A DNA stretch of 64,000 nucleotides from an uncultured Chloroflexia bacterium (GCA_963765765.1 CAVXYC010000032.1:267882-331881), one strand, 5' to 3'; shown: positions 33,637 to 44,472, numbered from the stretch's first letter. The notes: generated by a model from the sequence alone, not told the origin. Numbers and translations are program-made.

Positions 33637-33946
33637 TGCTCAGGCGGTGTCGATGCTTCCCAGGCCCGCCCGCGCTCGAGCGCCAATTGCTTTGAGTTAG
33701 CTGCGGAGCGTTCCCAGACCGAGTTGTGAAGAGACCAGGGTGCTGGTCGAGATCATCCCTAATGGGCCAATTGATGCTCTCCCAGGTCATGCCTAACCAA
33801 CCGCCGCTTAATGTGTGTCGGTAGTGAAGAACAGCCATCGGTGCCTGCGAGAAGAAGCTCAACTCCGGGCGCGCCCCTCATGGCCCCGTGTCTGCGATGA
33901 TTCCCACTACACGAGCGGGCGCACCGGTATCAAAGGAGCCGGGACC

Positions 33947-35095
33947 ATGGCTAAGCATGCAGTTCTCCGCAGGCGGTTCGCGATCATCGTCTCGTTGGGC
34001 CTGATCGTTGCCTTCAGTCTCACCTTCCTTAGCGGCTTCGTCGCCACCGCGCTGGACCTCAACCGCTTTATCTACCACAAGTACGCCGCCTACCTAGCAC
34101 TCGGGCTGGTCGCCGCGCACCTACTCCTGCACTGGCGGAGCCTGGTCGCTCAGGTGCGCCTCTGGCTGCTCAGCCCGCCAGTTGCCAATCGATCGGCCGC
34201 ACGGCGCCCCGCGGTACCAGAACCCGGCACACGGCTGACCCGGCGCGCCTTCCTGCTGCCTGGCCTGGGCGCCGCGGCAGGAGCTGGACTGGGGCACCTG
34301 GCGACAGTCCGAGCCTCGCCGCTGGCACTTGAGCCAGGTGAGGACCTCGGGCAGATCTATCACCAGTGGAGCACTCCGAGCTACGTTGGGTTGCTGGCCA
34401 AGTCGCTCCATGTCGGGGCCCAGCCGGATCCGTACAAGAGCTATTCCACGGCGCCCATGGTCGAGCTACCGTCCATTCCGCCGGCTGCCGGCCCGCCGTT
34501 GCAGGCGGTCATCGCCGGACGACGCTCGGTGCGCGAGTACGCCGAGCGCCGGGTCACCCTCGAGGAGCTCTCGCGGGTGCTGCACTGGAGCGCCGGCATC
34601 ACCGACCGGCGCGATCCGAGCCTGCCTTTTCGCGCCCTGCCCTCGTCTGGCGCGCTCTATCCGGTCGAGGTCTATCCCATCGCCTTCGCCGTGGCCGACC
34701 TGGAGCCGGGCGCCTATCACTACGACGTGCGCGAACACCGTCTCGAGCTCGTCCGTCCAGGCGATTTCCGCCAGGAGGTGTTCCGGGCGGCCGTCTCCCA
34801 GGAGATGATTCTGCACGCCTCGTTGGTGCTCGTCCTCACTGGGATCTTCGGTCGCGTGCAGTGGAAATACGCCGACCGGAGCTATCGCTACCTGCTGCTC
34901 GAGGCTGGCCACCTGGGCCAGAACGTGTACCTCTCGGCTACCGCCACCGGCCTGGCGCCGTGCGGCATCGGTGCTTATTTTGACGATGATATCCATCGGC
35001 TGCTCGGCCTTGACGGGCGGAACGAGATGGCGGTGTACCTGTTGGCCCTTGGGGTAGCACCAGGGGAGCGCGGCTTGACCGAAGCATCGTCCTGA
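33947..35095 (+). CDS. SagB/ThcOx-type nitroreductase with two N-terminal His-containing TM helices (DUF4405-like) and an internal twin-arginine motif
   Basis: HKYAAY..AHLLLHW; LTRRAFLL followed by a hydrophobic stretch; RRSVREY, PSSGALYPVEVY, KYADRSYRYLLLEAGHLGQN, GIGAYFDD; AAGGAG RBS. Confidence 0.9.
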   Translation: MAKHAVLRRRFAIIVSLGLIVAFSLTFLSGFVATALDLNRFIYHKYAAYLALGLVAAHLLLHWRSLVAQVRLWLLSPPVANRSAARRPAVPEPGTRLTRRAFLLPGLGAAAGAGLGHLATVRASPLALEPGEDLGQIYHQWSTPSYVGLLAKSLHVGAQPDPYKSYSTAPMVELPSIPPAAGPPLQAVIAGRRSVREYAERRVTLEELSRVLHWSAGITDRRDPSLPFRALPSSGALYPVEVYPIAFAVADLEPGAYHYDVREHRLELVRPGDFRQEVFRAAVSQEMILHASLVLVLTGIFGRVQWKYADRSYRYLLLEAGHLGQNVYLSATATGLAPCGIGAYFDDDIHRLLGLDGRNEMAVYLLALGVAPGERGLTEASS

Positions 35096-35310
35096 GTAGC
35101 GTGCGTGGTGGCTCGCTCCACTTATTCAGCTCGCATCCGAAGCGCGTGCGCCGCTCGCCGGGTATCTCCGAACTTCGCGGAACGTGCTGGAGATGTGAGG
35201 GAGTCCCCAGCACGCCACCCGATTGTCGAGTAGAGCCCGCCCGCCTTTTAGGACAATATGAAGACTGGTGCAGACGCGCGGGACCCAGCCTACATGAGGT
35301 CGCGATACGC

Positions 35311-35592
35311 TCAGATACGCCGGTCAGTGGCGGAGTCGGGTCGGCCACCGAAATACCGGTCGAGCACGTGCTCGAATAGCGGTTCGTGGGGAGCGGCTCG
35401 CTGGAACAAGGTCATGCACGAACGCAGCTTCTGCGCATCGATGCCACCGAAGATCTGCTCTGCGCTCTGAGCTTGCGTCTGCACCACGAGGCCCGCGCAC
35501 TCTCTCAACCGCGGTCCGAGCACCGGGTGCTCCAGATATTCCCTTGCTTCCTACAAGGACGAGATCGCCAACCGTCGCGACATGTCGCTACG
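35311..35592 (-). pseudogene. DUF1810 family fragment
   Basis: SDMSRRLAISSL*EAREYLEHPVLGPRLREC..IFGGIDAQKLRSCMTLF; N-terminus missing; TAG at 35551-35553. Confidence 0.8.
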
Positions 35593-35644
35593 TCTGGTGG
35601 GCAAGGGTTTGGCCGTCTTGGGGCACGGCTGCCTCCGTCCGAGT

Positions 35645-35960
35645 TTAGCGGACCGCTGTCCCGTAGACGGCCTCGCTCATGAAGTGGAGCCTCTCACCAC
35701 GCCGGTGCTCGGCGAGTGCGGCCATCATCTTGCCCCTCAGCCGCTCGCGTTGCTCGGTGGGCATACGGGCCACAGCGGCGCGCGCTTGGTCGGAGAAGAC
35801 CTGGTGCCACCAGTACGCCTCGAAGCTCTCGTAGGTGGTCTCGAGCGTCTGGCGATCCATGCCGATCTCACGGAAGCCTGCCTCCGCCACGAGGCGCTCG
35901 AGCGAGACCGGCCTCACCCAGCGAGGCTCCCGGGTGAGATGGTCACCCTGGTCATCGCAC
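35645..35960 (-). pseudogene. Class I SAM methyltransferase-like C-terminal fragment
   Basis: LERLVAEAGFREI..YESFEAYW..; the SAM-binding N-terminus is absent. Confidence 0.55.
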
Positions 35961-36124
35961 GGCATGCCTTTTTTGAGATAGTCAGTTAGTAATAATCGAG
36001 CTGCATCAGCAAGCGACCTAACGCCGTGTCGGCGAGATCGACGGAGTGACGAGGCTCGCCCGGGTATCATCTCCGGAGGACGCGGTCAGCTTGCCCTGGC
36101 GGCGAACGCGTTCCGGCGGGGGCC

Positions 36125-38006
36125 ATGGCACATTTTCGGGCAACCACAGCGGGCTGCGTGCTTCTCCTGGTAATACTCATCGCCTGCACGCCGTCGGGTC
36201 CGCCAGCCCAGCCGTCGGCCACGCCGAGCTCGGCCTCCGTCCCAACCACAACAGCAGTCTCGGAGGCCGTCGCGACCGCGACAACGGTCGCCGAGGTCGT
36301 CCCCCCATGCTCCCAGCCGCGACAGCGTTGCCCACAACGCCGCCGGCGCCTGCGCCGAGTTTGACACCCGGACCGACCGCCGCGCCGACTGAATCGCGGC
36401 CTCCGCTGACGCCCCGCTGGGTCTACGAGCCGTGGGTTTGGGAAGACGAGAAGCACACCACCGAGGCCGTGCTCGACCTCCTGGATGGGTACCGGCGAGA
36501 GGGCATCCCGGTCGGGGCCGTGCTGCTCGACAGCCCGTGGCAGACCAACTACAACACGTTCGACTTCGGCCCCGGCGACCGAGACCCGGAAGCGCTGATT
36601 CGCAGGCTCCACGAGCGCAATGTACGGGTGGTTCTCTGGGCAACGCAGTATGTCAACGTCTCGTCGATCGACGGCCCGGAGCGCGGAAAGGCGCCCCACT
36701 ATGATGAGGCGCGCACGGCTGGCTACTTCATCGACGGCGGGCGAGTGTACGAGTGGTGGAAGGGCCAGGGGAGCGCGATCGACTTCTTCAACCCGCGGGC
36801 CGTCGCCTGGTGGTATCAGCGGATGGATCGCGCCTTTCGCCTGGGCGTGGACGGCTGGAAGGCGGACAACGGGGAGCACCGGCTGCCGGACACCGTCCAG
36901 ACCGCGGCCGGCCCGAAGAGCGAGCTGGAGTACGGCGCCGCGTACTATCGTGCCTATTACCGTTACGTTGCCGAGCGGAACCCGGAAGCGATTGTCCTCG
37001 CCCGTCCGTACGAGGACGGGCGCCTGTACGCACCAGTCGAGGCCGAATCCCAGCCGGCTGGGTCGGCGACCAGCAGCCGAACTGGGAGGGGCTGCGCGAG
37101 GCGCTCGAGAACATCCTGGTTTCGGCCGAGCGCGGCTACGCGGTCGTGGGAAGCGACATCGGCGGCTACGGCGACGGCAAGCGCGACCAGGACGTCTTCA
37201 TTCGCTGGACCCAGCTCGGGGCCCTGAGCCCCCTCATGGAGAACGGTGGCCTGGGGGAGCACCGGCCCTGGGAGATCGGTCGAGACGCGCTCAGGGCCTA
37301 CCGCTACTACGCCAAGCTCCACCACCAGCTCGTCCCGTATCTGTACGGCGCGGGTGTGGAGGCCCACCGCACCGGGCGGCCGATCATCCGCGACCCGGAC
37401 CGCTCGGCGCGCCAGTACCGCCTCGGCGAGGACCTCCTGGTCGCCCCGATCACGTCGGACGATAAGCGACGTGAGGTCCGCCTACCGGGCGGCTCGCGCT
37501 GGTACGACTACTGGGACGACGATCGCATCCATGACGGGTCGAACACTGTGCGCTACAACGCCCCGACGGAGCGGGTGCCGCTGTTCGTCCGCGCGGGCGC
37601 CATCATCCCGATGCAGGTCGACGATGGCGAGACCGGGCACGGTGGTGGCGGCTCCGCCGGCCGTCTCACCCTTCTTTTGTATCCCGAGTCCGAGAGCGCC
37701 CGCACCTACTTCCTCGACGCCCAACGCTCGCTCGAACTACGAAGTCGGCGACAGGCGAGCGGAGTGACCGTCGAGATCGGTCCGCACACCGAGCGCTACG
37801 TCTTGCGAATCAAGGAGCCATCCAGGCCGTCTGTCGCTCGGCTGGATCGCGGAGGCGCCGAGGCCGATCTGAAGGCGCTGTCATCCTGGGAGGAGTTCGA
37901 CCGAGCCGACGAGGGTTGGTACTACGATTCGAAGCTCCATTACGTATGGGCCCGCTTTGCCACGCGGGAGACCGCCGCGCGTCTGACGTACACGACCGCC
38001 CGCTGA
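36125..38006 (+). CDS. GH31 glycoside hydrolase lipoprotein (2 frameshifts)
   Basis: Lipobox LIAC; IPVGAVLLDSPW, IDFFNP, GVDGWKADNGE, WVGDQ, GSDIGGY, FIRWTQLGA, PLFVRAGAIIP. Confidence 0.88.
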
Positions 38007-38331
38007 GTACACGACACCAACCCAGACATGAACGGCATCACGCCAACGCCTGGATGCCCCGGTAGTGGAGTAGCCTTAGTGCCGGCACCTATAGGGCCCG
38101 AGATCTTCCCGAAGGACGTGCGAGAGAAGCGCGCCTAGCCCCACAGGCCACATTCCGAAAGGCCGCATTGATGGCGGTGGGACACCGAGTCCGGCGCCCC
38201 GCCACTCTGCGCATCGACCGGAGCTGTCGGCTCTCTCCTGTCAAGTCCCGCTGCACACATATCGTGTCGAGTAGCGCTGTGGCAGCCTGCTTCGGGCTGC
38301 CTGAGGTGTCCCGGCCCGTCCACCAACTCAG

Positions 38332-39628
38332 TCAGCGTCGCACGACGGCGACGCATTCTGTGTGGTAGGTCTGCGGAAACATGTCAAGAGGCTGGACGGA
38401 CTCCAGCGTGAAGCCGCGGTCGCGGAGAATGGCGAGATCGCGAGCTAGGGTGGCGGGGTCGCAGGAGACGTAGACCAGGCGTTTGGGCGCCATGGCGGCG
38501 AGGGCCTCGAGGGCGGGGAGCTCGCAGCCGACGCGAGCGGGGTCGAGGACGACGGAGGTCGGCGTTATTTCTAGCTTCGGTAGGAGCTTTTCGACTTTGC
38601 CGGAGAAGAAGTGGGCATTCTGAAGATCCCGCGGCGTTCAATTTGGCATCGTCGATCGCGGCGGTGGATTCCTCGATGCCGACCACCTGGCGTACGTGCC
38701 GGGCGAGAAGAATGCTGAACGTGCCGACACCGCAATAAGCATCGAGCACGACGTCGTCGGGTTTCGGATCGAGACCGTTGAAGACGAGCAGCGCAAGGAT
38801 GTCTGCGATGGCGAGTCCATCCTCAGGCACCAAGTGGGCCCAGCGCTCGAGACCATCGGGAATCGGGCGTTGCTCGCGCCGGGTGTTCACCTGGAAGAAA
38901 GCGGCTGACGCCACTCGATAGCGCTGATTGAGGATCTTCTCATCGACGTAGGTTTGACCGCTGGGGATCTGAGGAAAGTCCGGCAGGGGTGGACCAATCA
39001 ATCGGTCGTCGGTGTTGGCGCCGACGCGGATAGCGAGCTGGTGACCGCTAAACCCGACCAGTTTTCCCTGAAGCTCATGCAGGACTTCATTCACGCGCGG
39101 ATGCATCAAATGGCAGTGCTCGATCCGCAAGAGTCGCCGCGTGTTGCGCTGGGTGAAGCCGAGCTCACCATGTCGGCGACCGACGGAAAATCGTGCGTGG
39201 TTGCGATACTCCCAGGGATTCACCATACCGATGGTGGGTCGGGTCAGTGCATCTGCATCATCGAAACCGCCGATACGTCGGAGTTGCTCCATCACCATGT
39301 GTCGTTTCATTTGTAGCTGCGCTTCATAGGTGGCGTGCTGAAGCTGGCAGCCGCCGCATACGCCAAACATGGGGCAGACCGGCTCCGTGCGATCCGGGGA
39401 TGCCTCAAGAATTTCCACGATATCGGCGCGGGCGAAGTCCTTCTTCTCTTCGGTCAAGCGAACCCGCGCGGTCTCGCCCGGCAATGCGTACGGGACGAAC
39501 GTGACTCGGCCGTCCACGCGGCCCAGGGCTTCGCCGCCGAAGGCGAAACTTTCGAGCTGGATCTCGACCGGCGGGGAATCCGAAGGCGCGTTCGAGGGGC
39601 GCTGCAGGCGGCGGCGTCTATGTGACAC
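38332..39628 (-). CDS. rlmD: 23S rRNA (uracil-C5)-methyltransferase, RlmD/TrmA family (frameshift near 38625)
   Basis: TRAM domain, CPMFGVCGGCQLQH, FFQVN, LDAYCGVGTF; second frame gives VLDPARVG, YVSCDPATLARD, DMFPQTYHTE. Confidence 0.93.
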
Positions 39629-39749
39629 GGCGAGGTGTTTCGGAGGTCGCGAGACGCACCGCTGCGCTTGCTCTAGGGCAATCAGGAAAAAGCGCTGAAG
39701 CGCTCACTACCGCGAGTGAAAGCGATCGGCTGCGAAAGAGGGAGGACGA

Positions 39750-39831
39750 CCCTACCACCAGCCCCTCCCCGTGCGCGGGAAGGGGAGTTGGGAAATCTGG
39801 GTGCTGGTACACGCGGGGAGGGGAGTTGGGA
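39750..39831. repeat. Degenerate REP-like element with a 20-bp direct repeat
   Basis: cccctcccc..gggaagggg hairpin; cgcggg(a/g)aggggagttggga at 39774-39793 and 39812-39831. Confidence 0.55.
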
Positions 39832-39841
39832 TGCCAAAGTC

Positions 39842-40288
39842 TCACTGCGCGACCTCTGAGCCTTCGTAGCTCAGGACGGCGGAGCGGAAGACTTCGGGCA
39901 GCGCCATGGGGCGCAGAGTTTGGCGATTGAGACAGGCGTGCGATGTGTTGCCCTTCGTCAGAAGCGATGAGTCTTCGTCTCGCCAAACTTCGTAGCTGAA
40001 GCTCATGGAGACTTTGCGGAGCCGCTCTATCCTGACGTAGATCGTCAAAAGGTCATCGAAACGAGCCGGCGCGAGGTACTTGCAGTGCGCCTCCGTAACC
40101 GCGGCGACGATACCGGACTCTTCCATCTCACGGTAAGAGCAGCCAATGGCCCGGATGTACTCCACGCGGGCTGACTCAAAAAACGCCAGGTAGTTGGCGT
40201 AGTAGACCACACCCATAGCGTCCGTGTCGGCGTAACGCACGCGGACCTGGCAGGCGGCGCGGAAGCGCGAATCGCGGGGCGGGGTCAC
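39842..40288 (-). CDS. Acyl-CoA thioesterase (YbgC/FadM, 4HBT family)
   Basis: VRVRYADTDAMGVVYYANYLAFFESAR, YLAPARFDD. Confidence 0.93.
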   Translation of the reverse strand: MTPPRDSRFRAACQVRVRYADTDAMGVVYYANYLAFFESARVEYIRAIGCSYREMEESGIVAAVTEAHCKYLAPARFDDLLTIYVRIERLRKVSMSFSYEVWRDEDSSLLTKGNTSHACLNRQTLRPMALPEVFRSAVLSYEGSEVAQ

Positions 40289-40341
40289 GGCCTAATTATA
40301 AGGAGCGGCGGACGCTATGACTGGACGGACCGAGCCGCCGC

Positions 40342-41058
40342 TCAGGCGGTTCGAGCGGGGGCCTGGCCGATGAGTTTGCCAAAGAGCAGACCCATCGTGG
40401 CCCAGAAGATCGTCAGTCCAAGGATAGACATGACGCGGAACGAGTTGAGCAGGTCGCCCGGGAAGCTGCCCACTTCCGAAACCCCGGGCATGAGCAGGAA
40501 GAGGAGCAGACTCACTCCGATGATCGCCGCCCAGCCCAGGCTCGTCGCCCGCGTGCTATTGGCCAGTCGAGCCTCCAGCGAACGAATGAGCCAGATCCCA
40601 AACAGCACCGTGATGACCGACAGCGCCAGGAATCCCGCGTACAACGCCTGTCGCTGACCAATGGTTTCCGGATCGCCGATACCAGGCGGATTCGCCGGAT
40701 ATTTCAAGAATGGCAGCAGTGCCACTGCCCAGTAGGCGAATAGCGCCATGGTGGCACCCTGCTTGAACCGACTCATGGGCGGGAGCCAACGCTGAGCCGC
40801 CTGGAACGCCACGCCGAACACCATGGCCCAGGAGATCCCGAGCAAGACAAAGCCTACGACGAGGCCCTTCTTCTGCATGTCGCGACTCACCAGCGCAGGC
40901 CCATGGTCACCATCATGATGAGAGGCTTCTTCGAAAGTGAGAGCGCGGTCGATGAGCGGCTCAGTAAAGAGGAGATGGAAGATCGCGGCGGTAAGTCCCG
41001 CCGCCAAGCCCGCGATAAGGGCAGCCTTAAGGACTGTGCCGAACGTTAACGTGCCCAC
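40342..41058 (-). CDS. cbtA: CbtA family probable cobalt transporter subunit
   Basis: LIAGLAAG, EPLIDRALTFEE, His-rich HHDGDH, PFLKYPANPPGIGDPETIGQRQ. Confidence 0.9.
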   Translation of the reverse strand: MGTLTFGTVLKAALIAGLAAGLTAAIFHLLFTEPLIDRALTFEEASHHDGDHGPALVSRDMQKKGLVVGFVLLGISWAMVFGVAFQAAQRWLPPMSRFKQGATMALFAYWAVALLPFLKYPANPPGIGDPETIGQRQALYAGFLALSVITVLFGIWLIRSLEARLANSTRATSLGWAAIIGVSLLLFLLMPGVSEVGSFPGDLLNSFRVMSILGLTIFWATMGLLFGKLIGQAPARTA

Positions 41059-41066
41059 AGGTTGAT

Positions 41067-41270
41067 TTAGTGGCAGGGGAATGCGGCCGCGTGACGCGCG
41101 TCGTGTACCAGCTCATGAATAAGGTTCTGGTCAAACGCTACCTGACCCTGTGCAATGCTCAAAAGGAAACCCTGATCCAGCCCGAAGAGATAGAGCGCAA
41201 ATGCTCCGAGGACGCCCACGAGGATTTGTGGGCCTAATCGCGGGATAGCTACTGTGATCGCGCCAGGCAT
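41067..41270 (-). CDS. cbtB: CbtB family probable cobalt transporter subunit
   Basis: GLDQG..IHELVHDARHAAAFPCH. Confidence 0.92.
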   Translation of the reverse strand: MPGAITVAIPRLGPQILVGVLGAFALYLFGLDQGFLLSIAQGQVAFDQNLIHELVHDARHAAAFPCH

Positions 41271-41306
41271 ACGTGCCTCTTCAAAAACGCAGAATTCGCG
41301 AAGCTG

Positions 41307-41326
41307 ACCCGATCATATGATCGGGT
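41307..41326. promoter_or_regulatory. Perfect 20-bp palindrome upstream of cbtB (candidate operator)
   Basis: ACCCGATCAT|ATGATCGGGT. Confidence 0.6.
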
Positions 41327-41437
41327 GACCGCGCCTTGCAACAGGCGGCTGATTTACGTTGAACGTTGCCCCATCGATCAGTCCCAGCCATAATCGAGGT
41401 AGACTGGAACATTCAGTCGGCTGGAGGGATTGGACCC

Positions 41438-43052
41438 GTGCAGGGGTCGGAGCGGTTCGAGGATCTAGCACGCGACTATTGTGCTATGTGGGATCGATTG
41501 AGTCCCGTGAGCGCATCCTGGCTCGGTATTCACGACTACGACGATCGCTTGGGCGATTTCAGCGAAGCCGGTCTTCGAGGAGCAATCCGGCGAGATGCTT
41601 GAATACGAAAATCGCCTGAGCTTGATTGATTCGTCAACCTTATCTGCCGACGAGCAGATCGACTACGCAATCCTGCAGGCTGACATTCGGTCCAATCGCT
41701 GGTCCATCGAGAAGGTCGCAGACTGGCGCAGAAATCCCGCGATGTACGTGCAGGTGCCGCTCATGGGTCTACTTGCGCTGGTGTCTCGCGATTACGCGCC
41801 GCTACCGGAGCGATTGCGAAGCATCATCGGGCGCCTGACTGAGCTGCGAGAAGTGCTGGAAGCCGGCCGCGACAATGTGGAGGAGCCGCCGCGCGTCTTT
41901 ACCGACGTTGCTATGCAGGCCGCCCACGCTGGCATGGGTTTTGTCCGCTCAGCGCTGCCAGCCCTGGCCCGCCGCGAGCCGGATATGGAGGATGAGCTGC
42001 TGGAGGCGCTGGATGACGCGGAGGCCGCCCTTGAGTCACACCTCCATTATCTACGGGCGGATCTGCTCCCCGAGTCCACTGGCGACTTTGCCATCGGACG
42101 CGAGCTATTTGACGAACGTCTGCGCGATTGGCACATGCTTGATGTGGACGCGGATGGGCTTCGAAGCATCGGCCAGAAGCTGCTCGCCGACACGCGGAAG
42201 GCCATCGAGGAAGTAGCGAAAGAGATCGATCCGAAGACCGATTGGGTCACGCAGGTGGAACAAGGCAAGCGGGACCACCCCACAACTCCACTGCTCCTGA
42301 GTGTCTACCAGCAGGAAGTGGAGCGTCTGAAACGATTCCTCACCGAGCGGGGGCTGGTCAGCATCCCGCCGGGTGAGCGATTGTTAGTGGTGGAGACACC
42401 GACATTCGAGCGCTCCGTGGTTCCCTACGCGGCCTACATGCCACCCGGTCCATTTGACGCGGATCAGACGGGGCAATTCTGGGTGACCCCCGTGAGCCGT
42501 GAGACATCCCCCCGTGAGCAGGAGTCACAGCTCCAGGAGCATTGTCTGCCGCACATCCCAATCACCACGTTGCACGAGGGCTACCCGGGTCATCATCTTC
42601 AGCTCTGTGTGGCAAACCGCGGTGGCAGCATGATGCGCAAGCGAGCCAGCAGCGATCTCTTCGCCGAAGGCTGGGCGCTGTACTGCGAGCAAATGATGGG
42701 CGAGCAGGGCTACTACACAGACCCGCGCACACGCCTATTTCAACTCAAGGACATGCTCTGGCGCGCGGCGCGCGTGGTTATCGACGCGGGCCTGCATACC
42801 GGTGAGATGAGCATGGAAGACGCCGTGGACTTCCTTGTCAACGAGGCGAAGCTAGCGCGTCCGCAGGCCGAGAGCGAGGTGCGGCGCTACACCATGAGTC
42901 CTACCCAGCCGATGACCTACGCCATGGGCAAGCATGCCATCCTGGAGCTTCGGAAAGAACATTCCAAGCTCCCGCTTCGCGAGTTCCACGATCGTCTTCT
43001 CAGCCACGGCACCATCCCCTTAGCCCTGGTGCGGCGGGCGATGGGAGAGTGA
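41438..43052 (+). CDS. DUF885 family protein (frameshift near 41590)
   Basis: SPVSASWLGIHDYDDRLGD, HEGYPGHHLQ, EGWALYCE, WRAARVVIDAGLH, FHDRLLSHG. Confidence 0.92.
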
Positions 43053-43059
43053 TATCTCC

Positions 43060-43275
43060 GTGAGATCGTTTACCGCGGTCGTCGAGTTTGATCCTGAGAC
43101 TCACCTCTACGTTGGAGTCGTGCCCGGGTTACCGGGCGCGCACACCCAGGGCGAAACTCTTGACGAGCTTCAGGAAAACTTGAAGGAAGTTGTGCAGCTC
43201 TGCCTCGACGAGTACGAAGGCGACGTTGCGGATCTTCCGACGGTTGTTGGAACGCAAAAAATCGTTGTTGTCTGA
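43060..43275 (+). CDS. hicB: HicB family antitoxin (short form)
   Basis: YVGVVPGLPGAHTQGETLDELQENLKEVVQLCL. Confidence 0.9.
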   Translation: MRSFTAVVEFDPETHLYVGVVPGLPGAHTQGETLDELQENLKEVVQLCLDEYEGDVADLPTVVGTQKIVVV

Positions 43276-43507
43276 TGCCTCGCGTTCCAACGCTGGATTA
43301 CCGAGCGATGGACCGGGTGCTCTGATATCTCGATTTCGCGGTGACTCGTGAGCGCCGAAGTCATGTGTTCTATCGGCATACCGATGGGCGCACGACGACG
43401 GTTCCGAATCACGGCGCCAAGATCTGGCCCGACCACTAGTGCGCGAAATGCTCAGGGAAATTGAGCTCACCCAGGACGAGCTCGTGGAAGCACTCGGCCA
43501 ATCATGA
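43275..43507 (+). pseudogene. hicA: HicA family toxin, disrupted
   Basis: MPRVPTLDYRAMDRVL*YLDFAVTRERRSHVFYRHTDGRTTTVPNH; TGA at 43323-43325, GSH motif reads RSH, later frameshift. Confidence 0.85.
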
Positions 43508-44250
43508 GTAATGAATCGGCCACCGCTTACGCAGACGGCTCTTGCCTGGGGAATCCCGGCCCCGGGGGCTGGGGTGTGCACGTCCAGTTCGGCAACGGCC
43601 AGATAGTGGACCTGGGCGGCGGTGAACAGCACACCACCAACAATCGTATGGAGCTGCGGGCAGCAATCGAGGCCGTCAGAGCCACACGTGAGTGCGATGC
43701 TGTCACGATCATCGTGGATAGCGAGTACGTCAAGAAGGGCATCACGTCGTGGGTGGCCGGCTGGAAGAAAAAGGGCTGGCGTACTCAGACCGGCAGTTCG
43801 GTTGCCAACCAGGAGCTGTGGCAAGAGCTGGACGCTCTGGCTGACAAGCGGATCACCTGGCAATGGACACGAGCACACGTCGGCACCGTGGGCAATGAGC
43901 GTGTGGACACCATCGCCCGTTGGTTCGCCGAAGGCATGGGACGCAGCCGCAGATCAACAGCACCGGCGACAGCCCAGCTCGCACCCGCTGCCGCGCCCCG
44001 GCGAGCACCGGAGCAGCGGGCCACCCGAACGCCCGCGCCCGGCACTCGCTATCTCAGCTTGATAGATGGTGTTGCCATGCGCCACCGCACCTGGAAAGAG
44101 TGCCAGGATCGGGTAAACGGCGTCGCCCGGGCGCTCTACCGCAAAGTCACCAGCGATGAAGAAGAACGAAAGCTTCTCAAAGAATGGGGCGTTCGCCAGG
44201 AGCAGGTGGTAGAGCTGGAATTTGAGGTGAAGCAATCACGGCGAATATAG
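43504..44250 (+). CDS. rnhA: Ribonuclease HI with a C-terminal viroplasmin-like hybrid-binding domain
   Basis: YADGSCLGNPGPGGWG, TTNNRMEL, DSEYV, HVGTVGNERVD; HRTWKECQDRVNGV. Confidence 0.93.
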   Translation: MSNESATAYADGSCLGNPGPGGWGVHVQFGNGQIVDLGGGEQHTTNNRMELRAAIEAVRATRECDAVTIIVDSEYVKKGITSWVAGWKKKGWRTQTGSSVANQELWQELDALADKRITWQWTRAHVGTVGNERVDTIARWFAEGMGRSRRSTAPATAQLAPAAAPRRAPEQRATRTPAPGTRYLSLIDGVAMRHRTWKECQDRVNGVARALYRKVTSDEEERKLLKEWGVRQEQVVELEFEVKQSRRI

Positions 44251-44268
44251 CCGAGCCTCGTTTGGCAG

Positions 44269-44472
44269 CTAGGCGCGGATCGGCAAAGCAACCGTGTCGA
44301 TACGCGTGAGGTCCATGCGCTCTGCGGCGTGCTCAATGTCAATTCCGACAACCCGCCCATTCGCATCCAGATCCACGACGAGTCCATCGGACACCTCGAC
44401 CGAATCTGCACTTGGCTGTCCCTGGAGCTCGATGTAAAGACTGTCCGTCTCAGGATAGTAGTGAAGCTCCAT
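44269..44472 (-). CDS. DUF2283 family putative antitoxin
   Basis: YYPETDSLYIEL..DSVEVSDGLVVDLDANGRVVGIDIEHA. Confidence 0.9.
   Translation of the reverse strand: MELHYYPETDSLYIELQGQPSADSVEVSDGLVVDLDANGRVVGIDIEHAAERMDLTRIDTVALPIRA

Noticed and set aside
22000-33700. Small ORFs with hairpins as an integron cassette array
   Set aside because: ORF orientations are mixed, the stems are not consistently bounded by RYYYAAC/GTTRRRY, and there is no integron integrase.
33947-35095. SagB gene as part of a thiazole/oxazole RiPP cluster
   Set aside because: No YcaO, E1-like protein, precursor peptide or transporter nearby.
41271-41437. Cobalamin riboswitch expected upstream of cbtB
   Set aside because: The region is short and the B12-box motifs are not visible; its absence is reported as a finding instead.
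26195-43325. In-frame stops in XRE (TAG), DUF1810 (TAG), hicA (TGA) and the 27432 frame (TAA) as stop-codon recoding
   Set aside because: All three stop codons are involved, several of these genes have other lesions, and normal genes here end in TAG, TGA and TAA.
43504-44250. RNase H next to TA genes as a retron or RT-linked defence system
   Set aside because: No reverse transcriptase or msr-msd is present; the protein looks like housekeeping RNase HI in a core neighbourhood.
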